Origin: Candidatus Pacearchaeota archaeon
Lineage (GTDB): Archaea; Nanobdellota; Nanobdellia; Pacearchaeales; GW2011-AR1
DNA: 62,953 bases
Assembly: GCA_017609085.1 (NCBI GenBank)
Contig: JAFCEO010000001.1
Location: forward strand, 1 to 62,953
Direction: 5' to 3'
The stretch's first letter is position 1, and every line of letters begins with the position of its first letter. A program made the translations under genes and the position numbers. Below are positions 1 through 9,279 of this stretch, in pieces. The notes beneath the pieces are model-generated. The model was not told the origin of the DNA and searched no databases. It saw only the letters and a list, made by a program, of their open reading frames with translations.

Positions 1-13
1 TGTTTTTATTATT

Positions 14-1012
14 ATGGGGCTCCAAATAGGGAACCTAGTTCCACGAAAAAGCATAGAAATTTCAGATTTAAAAGGAAAAACATTGGCGGTTGACGCATTC
101 AATACAATTTATCAGTTTTTATCTACTATTAGACAGCCAGATGGAACTCCTTTGATGGACAAAAAGAAAAGGATTACTAGCCATTTATCCGGCTTATTTT
201 ATAGAAACATTAATCTTTTGAAAGAAGGTATAAAATTAATTTATGTTTTTGACGGCAAAGCTCCAAGATTAAAAGCAGGAACACACGAGAAAAGGCAAGA
301 GATTAAAGATAAAGCTTTTCAAAAATATGAAAAAGCTAAAGAAAAAGAAGATATTGAAGAGATGGCCAAGTATGCTAAACAACTTGCTTCTTTAGATGAA
401 GAGAAAATTCGCGAAAGTAAAGAATTGTTAGAAGCAATGGGTATAGCTGTTATTCAAGCACCCGGAGAAGGAGAAGCAGAAGCTGCATGGCTGGCTCGTC
501 AACAAAAAGTTTTTGCTGTAGCTTCTCAAGACTATGACAGCTTGTTATTTGGAGCCCCCAGACTTATACAAAACTTAACTCTTTCAAGAAAAAGAAAGAC
601 TTTTTCTGGTTATGTAAGTGTAGGACCTGAAATTATAGAATTAGAAAAGGTTTTAAACACTTTGCAAATAGATTTAGAACAATTAATCTGCCTCGGCATT
701 TTGTCAGGAACAGACTACAACCCTGGTGGAGTTAGAGGAATCGGACCTAAAAAAGCTCTTGACATCGTGAAGAGGAAAAAAGCTCCAGCGCTTATTTTTA
801 AAGAGTTTGATTTGAATTTTGATTGGCAAGAAGTGTTCGAATTATTTAAGAATCCTGATATTCTTCCCGTCGAGGTAAAATTTCCAAAAATCAATCAAGA
901 GAAAATTAAAGAGCTTTTATTAGACCATGACTTTAACGAAGAACGGGTAGATTCTGCTTTAAAAAAATTGGAAGAAGCAAGAGAGAAAGCTAAGCAAACC
1001 ACTTTATTTTAA
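14..1012 (+). CDS. fen: Flap endonuclease 1
   Basis: AVDAFNTIYQFL, VFDG, EGEAEAA, SQDYDSLLFG, GTDYNPGG motifs; C-terminal PIP-like QTTLF. Confidence 0.97.
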   Translation: MGLQIGNLVPRKSIEISDLKGKTLAVDAFNTIYQFLSTIRQPDGTPLMDKKKRITSHLSGLFYRNINLLKEGIKLIYVFDGKAPRLKAGTHEKRQEIKDKAFQKYEKAKEKEDIEEMAKYAKQLASLDEEKIRESKELLEAMGIAVIQAPGEGEAEAAWLARQQKVFAVASQDYDSLLFGAPRLIQNLTLSRKRKTFSGYVSVGPEIIELEKVLNTLQIDLEQLICLGILSGTDYNPGGVRGIGPKKALDIVKRKKAPALIFKEFDLNFDWQEVFELFKNPDILPVEVKFPKINQEKIKELLLDHDFNEERVDSALKKLEEAREKAKQTTLF

Positions 1013-1031
1013 AACTATTTTTCAAATCTCC

Positions 1032-1733
1032 TCAATGATTTTCTTCATCATAACTTTCTAATTCCTTCTCAGCTATTTCTCCCATTGCTTGAATAGCTTT
1101 TTCTGCTCTTTCTGTTTTCTCTTTTTCTGATTCTTTTTCCCATTGTTTCATTAATCTGCTATAAATTATTATTATAATTACTGTGATTATAATTGCCACC
1201 CAGACAAGCCATATATTAGAAAGGACTGTCGTTAAAATATCTACTGCTTTAGTAATTGTTCCTGTCAATCCTATAATTGAAGAGATAATTATTGAAACCA
1301 CGAGGGCTAATATAGAATTAAAATCTATAAAAGCTTTTACAGGATGGTAAATTAAAATTATTAACAAAATCCAAATTCCTAATGAAAAAATAAAAGCCCA
1401 GGACCAAGAAAAAGGAATTCCAAAAATTGATTTCCAGAAGGGATTAAAAAAGGCAAAAAATTCATTTGTATAAAATAAAAAAGGTCCTAAGATTTTGTTT
1501 TTAGCCAGAATTTTTGTCCATTCTTGTTTTAAATATTCTTTTCTTTGCTCTTCTTCCGATAATTTGTCTGCTGTTTCTTTGAATTTATCAAAACTTCGAG
1601 GTAATCCTGTTTCTGGATTAAGTTCGCCAGAAGGAATTCCTGCAGGAATAGGTGATGTTTGTGCTTTTACTATAATAATCGAGGAGATAGTTAATAATAA
1701 AAATGCCAATAACAAGATACCTATTTTTCTCAT
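1032..1733 (-). CDS. Multi-pass membrane protein of unknown function
   Basis: N-terminal hydrophobic signal ending at AQ, several TM segments, charged C-tail. Confidence 0.75.
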   Translation of the reverse strand: MRKIGILLLAFLLLTISSIIIVKAQTSPIPAGIPSGELNPETGLPRSFDKFKETADKLSEEEQRKEYLKQEWTKILAKNKILGPFLFYTNEFFAFFNPFWKSIFGIPFSWSWAFIFSLGIWILLIILIYHPVKAFIDFNSILALVVSIIISSIIGLTGTITKAVDILTTVLSNIWLVWVAIIITVIIIIIYSRLMKQWEKESEKEKTERAEKAIQAMGEIAEKELESYDEENH

Positions 1734-1776
1734 AAAAAGATAAGAAGAGAGATATTTTTAAATGTTTTACTTTTTT

Positions 1777-2472
1777 TTAAACATTATAGCCTTCTATTTC
1801 TTCTTTTTGAAGTTGGTGTAATAGTTTTCCTCTCGTAGTAGTTTTTTCTCCTTTTTCTTTCAAAGCAGACATTTGGCCCTTTATAACCAAATTTCTTAAA
1901 GGACCTACAAAGATTATCATAAGAATCCCTGCCACTATCGCTCCAATGTATGGCAATGTATCTCCGGACCAGAAACCAGCTTTAGATGCGAATATCTCGT
2001 AGAGATATAAAGCAAAATAATATACTACAAAAAAAATCCAAACAATATGGGCAAGTAATCTGCTATTCACTTTTAATGTAAAAAATACTAGAATAGCAAA
2101 AGGAATAAGAGAAAGTAGCGCAGCGCCCATAGCACCATAAGTCGTTCTTATCGCTTCCAAGAAATTTGAAGGTATCGCCAACAAAGCTAATCCAGTAATT
2201 ATTATACTTGTTGCTAATGTTAATATTTTCTTCCCTTCAAAAAAGGAATCCATAACAGAATAGATTAATAAAAATAGTAAAAATGCAAGAAAAACTCTTG
2301 ACAACATTTCTTTTTCACCAAACAATGGCTGTAAAAAAGAAGAAATCCCTTCTCCTATTCCTACCAACACATTTTTAGTTCCTTCAGCAATCTCTTCTGA
2401 AGCAGGTTGTGCTAAAACTAAGGTTGTAATTAATAGTAAACTAATACTTAATCCTAATACGCTCTTTTTCAT
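1777..2472 (-). CDS. Multi-pass membrane protein, probable paralog of 2620-3387
   Basis: Signal peptide ..VLAQ; LSRVFLAFLLFLLIYSVM and YGAMGAALLSLIPF resemble segments of the neighbour. Confidence 0.8.
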   Translation of the reverse strand: MKKSVLGLSISLLLITTLVLAQPASEEIAEGTKNVLVGIGEGISSFLQPLFGEKEMLSRVFLAFLLFLLIYSVMDSFFEGKKILTLATSIIITGLALLAIPSNFLEAIRTTYGAMGAALLSLIPFAILVFFTLKVNSRLLAHIVWIFFVVYYFALYLYEIFASKAGFWSGDTLPYIGAIVAGILMIIFVGPLRNLVIKGQMSALKEKGEKTTTRGKLLHQLQKEEIEGYNV

Positions 2473-2619
2473 ACCCCTTTAAAATTCTCAATATTTATAA
2501 ACTTTTTCTTTTAAAATTAATTTAATTTTAGTAATAAACTTTAAAAGAAAATATTTTTAAAGACAGTTTTCTTTTTTTTGAAGAAAAGAAACTTGAAAAA
2601 CAAGTTTTTAATTTTAAAA

Positions 2620-3387
2620 ATGAACAAAAAGAGAGGATTAGCTTTAGGATTAATTATAATCTTGAGTGTTCTTCCTTTAGTAAGTGCCCAAATTCTCCCT
2701 TATGATTGGGGCTCGACTTTTAGACAAGCTATTGAGAATGTTGAAGATATTTTAACTCCAATATTTGAAGCTTTACTTGGAACTGGATCGGGAGAGTATT
2801 TCTTTGCAAAAGTTTTACTGTTTTTATTATTGTTCTTTGTGATATTTACAGTGGTGGGTAAAATTCCTAATTTAGGAGACAATGCCGCTGTTGTTTTTAT
2901 TATTGCAACAGTCGTTTCGATCCTTTCTATAAGATATTTGCCTGAAGATACTTTTATTCTAGCACTGATGTTGCCTTACTCTACTATGGGTATGGCTATA
3001 GCCGTATTTTTGCCTTTTTTAATCTACTTTTTTTTTGTCCATACTTCTGTTCCAGGAACTTTTGGTAGAAGAATTGCATGGATCGTTTTTGGCATAGTCT
3101 TTTTATTCTTATGGATTGTGAGGGGGGCCGAGCTTGGAAGTGCGAATTGGGTGTATGCTGCAGGAGTTGGAGCAGTCTTTATATCCTTTCTTTTTGATTC
3201 TTCAGTTCATAGATATTTCCAATATGCAGGATTAAGTAGGGCCGTAAGTAAAGAAAAAGAAAGGATTAGAAGAGATATTAAGAGAGAAATGTTCCAATTG
3301 GCTGAAGATTGGAAAAGGGGAATTATCAGCAAATCAGAGTATAACTCTGCTGTGAAAGATTTAAAAAGAAAATACAAGTCTTTATGA
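2620..3387 (+). CDS. Multi-pass membrane protein
   Basis: ATG at 2620 preferred over the TTG at 2578; ..VSAQ signal, FAKVLLFLLLFFVIFTVV, YSTMGMAIAVFLPF. Confidence 0.8.
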   Translation: MNKKRGLALGLIIILSVLPLVSAQILPYDWGSTFRQAIENVEDILTPIFEALLGTGSGEYFFAKVLLFLLLFFVIFTVVGKIPNLGDNAAVVFIIATVVSILSIRYLPEDTFILALMLPYSTMGMAIAVFLPFLIYFFFVHTSVPGTFGRRIAWIVFGIVFLFLWIVRGAELGSANWVYAAGVGAVFISFLFDSSVHRYFQYAGLSRAVSKEKERIRRDIKREMFQLAEDWKRGIISKSEYNSAVKDLKRKYKSL

Positions 3388-3394
3388 TTTTTGA
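3386..3394 (+). repeat. Left copy of 9-bp target-site duplication GATTTTTGA
   Basis: Identical to 11460-11468; directly abuts the left inverted repeat. Confidence 0.85.
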
Positions 3395-3418
3395 TGCATT
3401 GTTAAGTTAGAGGGAGTT
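3395..3418 (+). repeat. Left terminal inverted repeat
   Basis: TGCATTGTTAAGTTAGAGGGAGTT. Confidence 0.85.
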
Positions 3419-3456
3419 TTCGATAGATTTTTATAAAGAAATATTTTAACATTATT

Positions 3457-3933
3457 ATGGACAAGAAAAAAATAATCCCTTCTTCAGCTGAGATTGTTGA
3501 AGAAGCTAATAAAAGTAATCCAGAAGCAGATATTAATGAGATACATTCCAAAACTTTTGAATTGATTAAAAAATATAGAGGGGAATATTACAAGAATAAG
3601 GTTAAAATTCTTCTCTCTAGAGATAGTTTATCAAATATCCCGGAAGAGATAAAAATTAAGATAGAAAAAGAATTGTTAAAACCAATAAAAGTCGGTGATA
3701 AAAAATATAGCAACTTTATGGAAGAAACATCAAGAAGAATCAGCCAGACATTTCAAGGTATTTCTGGAAATATTGCAGAATTATGTTGAAAGAGAATTAA
3801 TAAAAGTCGGATTAAGGTTAGGAGTACATTATATTAAAAAAGCAGAAGAACAGATTTCATAATTTATTATCCTCAAAAACAGGGCTTTAAGAAAAAACAT
3901 AGAATTGAAGTAAAAAATGTTAAAGTAAGAGAA
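3457..3933 (+). pseudogene. PD-(D/E)xK nuclease, probable Type II restriction endonuclease remnant
   Basis: ORF 3457-3789 continues through two frameshifts (about 3786 and 3848) as VERELIKVGLRLGVHYIKK..RTDFIIYYP..HRIEVKNVKVRE, giving a TD...EVK core; C-terminus lost. Confidence 0.6.
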
Positions 3934-4301
3934 AAGGAAGCAATTAAGAGAATTTTAAAGAATATCAAAGTTAAAGCTGAAAATGAAATTAAAGTAATTA
4001 CAGCAGACGGATTAACAGCTTATACGAATATTGTTAAAAAAACTTTTGGCTACAATAATAAGTTAGGAAGATATGTTATAAGGTTGCATAATACAATTAG
4101 ACATAGGACTAAAACTTTTCGTGGCTTTCATGGTTCTTTGGATAGTGTTAAAGCGATAATGAAGGGGTTTGAGATTTATTATAATTTTATAAGGAAACAT
4201 CAAGGAATTGGTTGTTGTCCTTATGAATTAGCTGTTCCTGATTTAGAATTAGGTAAGAATAAATGGTTAATTTGATTAAATTATCAAAGATTAAGAATTA
4301 G
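3934..4301 (+). pseudogene. C-terminal remnant of a DDE transposase (IS6-like/rve fold)
   Basis: VITADGLTAY..VKKTFGY, RLHNTIRHRTKTFRGFHGS, IYYNFIRKHQGIG..PYELA; N-terminus absent, apparent internal deletion before RLHN, frameshift near 4270. Confidence 0.75.
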
Positions 4302-4391
4302 AGAGAAAAAGACAATCTATCAAAAGATATTTTTATTTTTAAATATCAATAACGCCTAAATCTTTTATATCAAATTTTCTTTCGATGATAC

Positions 4392-4847
4392 TTAACTCAC
4401 AGAGGAATTATTTTTTCTTATCCAATCATAAATTGCAATGTTTCCAGCAACAGCCGCATTTAAACATTCAACGCCTCCATACTGGGGGATATACATCTTA
4501 GAAATAGATCTATCTAAAATTTTTTGAGGAATACCCGATCCTTCATTCCCCATAACTAACATTGTATTTTTGGAGTGTTCATATTCAAAAATATTTCTAG
4601 AATCTTTTCCTATCTCAACAGAAACTATATTATAATTATTTTCTCTACAATACTTGATGAACTCGTCAGAAGTTCTCATTTTAACAACTTTAATTTTAGA
4701 ATGCGCCCCTGTTGCAGCCCCCCTATTCTATTTTTTCTTACCAACAATAATTATCTCCTTTAGGTTTGCGGCACTCGCTGTTCTCACTAAACCCCCAATA
4801 TTTGTTTCGTTCTCAAAATTCATTACAGCTACAGCAAGATTATTCAT
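4392..4847 (-). pseudogene. TrmH/SpoU-family RNA 2'-O-methyltransferase with an in-frame amber stop
   Basis: ATG 4847 with AGGAG RBS; NETNIGGLVRTA; TAG at 4728-4730 (codon 40); then LVMGNEGSGI and ECLNAAVAG SPOUT motifs. Confidence 0.85.
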
Positions 4848-5290
4848 TTTTCTCCTTTCTATAATCTTTAATAGTAAATTTTTTGAAATATGTTTCTTTA
4901 TTTAAGGCTTTTTCTAATACCTTTTTTAAAAGTTTTTTATCATCATCCCATCTAATTATCTTAGTAAAATTATCGATATCTAACCACTTATATTTTGAAT
5001 GTTCTTCATTTAAAATAATCTTCCCAGGTTTTATAAAAGATACAAAGTTATATTCCTCGCAAATATCTCCTTTCCAATCGTATATAGAATCCCAATTTAA
5101 TGCAAAAATTTCTTCGACTAATAAGCCAGTTCTTCTTTAACCTCTCTTTTAACCGCGTCTTCAGCTGATTCTCCTCTTTCAATTGCTCCTGTCACAGCAA
5201 ACCATCCCCCCTATGTTCAAGATGTGGTTTACTATAAAGAGCTAATATCTTTTTTCCGTGAACAACAAAAGTTAATATTTTCTTCTGCAT
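4840..5290 (-). pseudogene. Nudix hydrolase with two frameshifts
   Basis: Nudix box GAIERGESAEDAVKREVKEE(T)GL reconstructed across frameshifts near 5208 (G6 run) and 5131; LNEEHSKYKWL; stop overlaps the start of the TrmH-like gene. Confidence 0.85.
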
Positions 5291-5342
5291 TTTCAACAAA
5301 AGATTAGAAAGGTTTTTATATTTAATCCTTATCTTAAATTTT

Positions 5343-6346
5343 ATGTTAATAAAACCAAATAAATTACAGAAAGGAGATATTATTGCAATAATTTCACCTT
5401 CGGCAGGATTGGGAAAACGATATCCTCATAGAATTGACAATGCTATTAAATTTCTAGAGTCTCAAGGATATAAAGTAAAAGAGTTCCCATCTACTAGAAA
5501 AAGTAGTGGTTGGGAATCTGCTCCTGCAGAAGAACGGGCAAAAGATATAATGGGTGCTTTTCTTGATAAAGAAGTAAAAGCAATAATTTCATCTATCGGT
5601 GGAACAGTAGCAATACAAACTTTAAAATATTTAGATTTTGAAAAAATAAAAGAAAATCCTAAAATATTTTGTGGATATTCTGATATTTCTAATTTACATT
5701 ATGCATTTCTTACACAAGCAAATTTGATAACATTTTATGGACCCTGTGCAATGACCCAGTTTGGAGAGTATCCAAAACCATTAAGTTATACTCTCGAATA
5801 TTTCAATAAAGCAGTAACATCTGAAAAACCAATAGGTAAAATTATTCCATCTAATGGAGTAAAAAATTGGATTTAACAAGGCCCAGGAAGTTAAAGAAAA
5901 ATAAAGGATTTGAATGGTTGAGAAAAGGAAAAGCAGAAGGAGAGATTATTGGAGGATGCTTGACTTCTATTGTTCATCTTCCTGGAACTAAATACTGGCC
6001 GGATTATAAAGGTAAAATTTTATTTTTAGAGTTACCTGAAGGCCAAAAATTTGATCAGGGAGAACCTCTCCCTTATGTTGATTGGTATCTGGAACAATTA
6101 AATATTTTAGGAGTTTTTAATCAAATTAAGGGTTTAATTTTTGGTAGACCATTTAAATATAGCGAAGATGACACGGAAATGCTGAAGAAAAAAATATTAG
6201 AGAGAACCGAAGATTATAATTTTCCAATTTTGTTTGGAGTGGATATTGGACACACAGACCCTATGATTACAATTCCGATAGGAACGAGGGTTATGATTAA
6301 TTCTGAAACAAACATTTTTGAATTTTTAGAAAGGGGGGTAAGTTAA
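5343..6346 (+). pseudogene. S66 peptidase (LD-carboxypeptidase/MccF-like), split by a frameshift near 5853
   Basis: ISPSAG, GYSDIS (Ser), FYGP in ORF1; GGCL, FLELPE (Glu), GRP, IGHTDP (His) in ORF2. Confidence 0.88.
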
Positions 6347-7263
6347 TAATTATTTAAATGTGGAGAGATTATTTTATTTTTCTTTATTTCTTTCAAATAA
6401 TGTCTTTTTCCTATGAAGTACCCAATTGTAAAGGATGTTAATTTAGCCACCTGATAGATATACTCAAAAAAATTTATTTTCCCAAATCTTAAAGTAAAAA
6501 GATTTTTCCATAGTGCTAATGGAGAAAATTCCTTCTTGAATAAGTCGGGTCTTTCATATTTAATATGAATAGAAGCTTTTCCAAATTTATTATATCTTTT
6601 TAATTCTCCAATTAAACTTGGATATTTATGATAGACTATCACACTATCATCAAAGGTTATTTTTAATTTGTGTTGTTTAAACCTGTCCATGAGTATTAGA
6701 CTTTCTGCACCTGAAGAATAAAAATGTTTTAAATTATAACCCTCAATTTTAAAGTAGGCCTTCTTTTTGAATACTAAATTTTTGCCATCGGCCTGTTTTT
6801 GCTTATAAAATCTTATTTTATCCCACTCGCTTTCAGATAAAGAAAACCAATCTCTGTTAAAAGGCATAAAGTAGGCTCCCTGGATAACATCTGGAGATCT
6901 GTTCTTTAAAATAGAATGGTATATTCTTATAAGCCAATTCTTTTTTACGGTACAATCAGAGTCTATCAAAGCGACATAGTTATATTTAGCTAATTTGATT
7001 GCTTTATTTCTTACATAACTCAAACCCAATGGTCTCACCCTAATATGGGTAATATATTCTAAATTTAAATCTTTAACCATATTAGCAACTTCTTCACTTG
7101 TAGAATTATCCGCAATGATCACTTCAATTTGTGGATAAAAATTATTTTCTTTGTAGAAAGATTCTATAGATTTATCTATTGATCTTATCGTAGCATCTAA
7201 ATTTTTTGCGTTATTAAAAGATGGAACGATGATGCTCAAAGCAAACTTCTTATTAATTTTCAT
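6343..7263 (-). CDS. GT2-family glycosyltransferase
   Basis: LSIIVPSFN, IIADNS, GLSYVRN, IDSDC (DxD). Confidence 0.9.
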   Translation of the reverse strand: MKINKKFALSIIVPSFNNAKNLDATIRSIDKSIESFYKENNFYPQIEVIIADNSTSEEVANMVKDLNLEYITHIRVRPLGLSYVRNKAIKLAKYNYVALIDSDCTVKKNWLIRIYHSILKNRSPDVIQGAYFMPFNRDWFSLSESEWDKIRFYKQKQADGKNLVFKKKAYFKIEGYNLKHFYSSGAESLILMDRFKQHKLKITFDDSVIVYHKYPSLIGELKRYNKFGKASIHIKYERPDLFKKEFSPLALWKNLFTLRFGKINFFEYIYQVAKLTSFTIGYFIGKRHYLKEIKKNKIISPHLNNY

Positions 7264-8092
7264 TTAGAGGTTCAGAGGTATATAATTCAGGATCCTCCCA
7301 TAATTTTCTTTTAGATAAAATAAATATAGTATACCCCATATATGATAAATTATTGCGAAATAGAAACATAAAATTCTTATAAGTCTCTGATAATTTCTCA
7401 TAAGTTTCTTTTTTTAAATTTTGTAAATGCCTTCTCTTAAGGATATTAGCACAAAATTCTGAGATTTTCCTATCTTCTATATAACTGAATTTAAAATCTT
7501 TTGACCAATATATTTCCAATCTCGGTATTAAAAAGAAATCTATCCAATCCTGTTTATATTTTGGGGCAATATTGACTTTAATGGCTTCAGAGACTTTTTT
7601 TATAATCTCCTTTGGGGGCTCTTTTATATAATACATTGGTATGGCGACAATAAATCCATTTTTTTTAGAAACGCGCATGCATTCGTCTAAGGCTCTTTTC
7701 TTATTTTTCACTAAGGAAAAAACATTTCCCACTATAACAACATCAAAAGTTTCTGAATCGAATGGTAAAGAGCTCACATCAGCTTTAATAAATTCTATAT
7801 TATCATAATCTTCTTCACTTGCCCTTCTTTTAGCTTCTTTTAAACTCTCTTCATTTATGTCTATCGAAGTTATTCTACATTTAACCAATCTACTTATCTC
7901 TATTGGTGTAAACCCAGTGCTAGTTCCTATTTCCAAAATCCTACTTTTTTCTGTTAAATGAAGCCTATTAATAACTTCAAACACACTATTCCTCCCTCCC
8001 GGAGGACGATTAGTTTCTTTTACAATTCCAATTATTTGATTGTAATCCATTTTTTCTATATCTTCTACTGTGAAATCTTTAATTCCTTTCAT
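7253..8092 (-). CDS. Class I SAM-dependent methyltransferase
   Basis: ETNRPPGG, ILEIGTSTG, IDINE, LPFDSETFDVV, ALDECMRV. Confidence 0.92.
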   Translation of the reverse strand: MKGIKDFTVEDIEKMDYNQIIGIVKETNRPPGGRNSVFEVINRLHLTEKSRILEIGTSTGFTPIEISRLVKCRITSIDINEESLKEAKRRASEEDYDNIEFIKADVSSLPFDSETFDVVIVGNVFSLVKNKKRALDECMRVSKKNGFIVAIPMYYIKEPPKEIIKKVSEAIKVNIAPKYKQDWIDFFLIPRLEIYWSKDFKFSYIEDRKISEFCANILKRRHLQNLKKETYEKLSETYKNFMFLFRNNLSYMGYTIFILSKRKLWEDPELYTSEPLNEN

Positions 8093-9278
8093 ATTCTCTT
8101 ATTATTTGTTCAAGAGTTGATTCTTCTTGAATAAAAGATCTCCTATTTTGAACTTTTAATCCATGTTCTGTTATTAATATTGTCTTTGGTATACCAATAA
8201 AACGAGACGTTTTAATTTTACTATTAACTCGTGCATTTTTTCTATCATCTACTAAAACATGCATTCCAGCAGATTCCATTTTTTCTTGTAATAAAACTAA
8301 TCTGTTTAGTAGTTCTTGATTAGAGGGATTTTTTGGGATTAGGTAAACATCAAAAGGGGATAATTTTTCAGGCCATACAATCCCTTCTCTATCTCTATTT
8401 TGTTCTATAATTGCATATAATAATCTAGACATACCTATTCCATAAGTAGTTAAATAAGGATAAACTTCTTCATTCGAGTCGTCTCTAAACTTCACGTCTA
8501 ATTTTCTGGCAAAAAAATCATTAAAGACTTTAAACATGGCTATTCCTAACCCTCTTTGTAATCTTATATTTTGTCCACAAACAATACATGTTTCTCTTTT
8601 TTTATCATACCTAGTTACATGATTACCTTCACATACAAATATTCTATGTTGGCCTTTATTTGTCATTAGAAGAAAATTCCCATAATTTCTATCACTAGAC
8701 TCGACATAACGCAAGGTTAAATTTGATTGATTACATAAATCTTTAACTATTTTTTTAAATGAATCTACTTTCTCAATAGCAGAGTCTTTTCTATTGTGAA
8801 AGCTATATGCTTCAAAAACATCAAATTCACTGTTACTAATAAGTCCTCCAGCAGGAGTGTTATAAGAGAAAACTTCTCCAAATTGAAATAGACAAAGAGG
8901 AAGATGTCTTTTGAATAAATTATTTCTAACTAAATCATTTATTGTTTCCTCATTTGTACGAGATAAACAAAAATCTCCAAATTCTAAGGAAAGTCTGTAA
9001 ACACTAGCTACATAAGAATCCAATCTACCAGTTTCTCTCAGGAATCTTGTTGGTTGTATTTTTGGAAGAGAGATCTCCTGAAACCCTTCTTTCAATGCAG
9101 AATCCCTAATTATCTTCTGTAATGAATTAAAAACCCTTCTGCCCATTGGGAGAAGGACATAAAATCTTGAGCCAGAATAATGTACAATCCCCGCTTTTTC
9201 AATTAGTTGACTCGTTTCTAATCTAGATGGATCATGATGTTCTAATATATGTGGTGCATATAAATTTTGAATTTTCAT
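8079..9278 (-). CDS. Bacterial-type ProRS-like paralog with degenerate motif 2
   Basis: LLPMGRRV, QEISLP, ETGR, LSRTNEE, LPLCLFQ..EFDVFEAYSFH, YGIGMSRLL..IEQ, GIVWP, VLVDDR anticodon-binding domain. Confidence 0.85.
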   Translation of the reverse strand: MKIQNLYAPHILEHHDPSRLETSQLIEKAGIVHYSGSRFYVLLPMGRRVFNSLQKIIRDSALKEGFQEISLPKIQPTRFLRETGRLDSYVASVYRLSLEFGDFCLSRTNEETINDLVRNNLFKRHLPLCLFQFGEVFSYNTPAGGLISNSEFDVFEAYSFHNRKDSAIEKVDSFKKIVKDLCNQSNLTLRYVESSDRNYGNFLLMTNKGQHRIFVCEGNHVTRYDKKRETCIVCGQNIRLQRGLGIAMFKVFNDFFARKLDVKFRDDSNEEVYPYLTTYGIGMSRLLYAIIEQNRDREGIVWPEKLSPFDVYLIPKNPSNQELLNRLVLLQEKMESAGMHVLVDDRKNARVNSKIKTSRFIGIPKTILITEHGLKVQNRRSFIQEESTLEQIIREYERN

Positions 9279-9279
9279 C

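Noticed and set aside
4728..4730. In-frame TAG as evidence of pyrrolysine or stop-codon reassignment
   Set aside because: TAG ends ordinary genes here (38410, 44535, 61319) and neighbouring cargo genes are also broken, so a nonsense mutation is simpler
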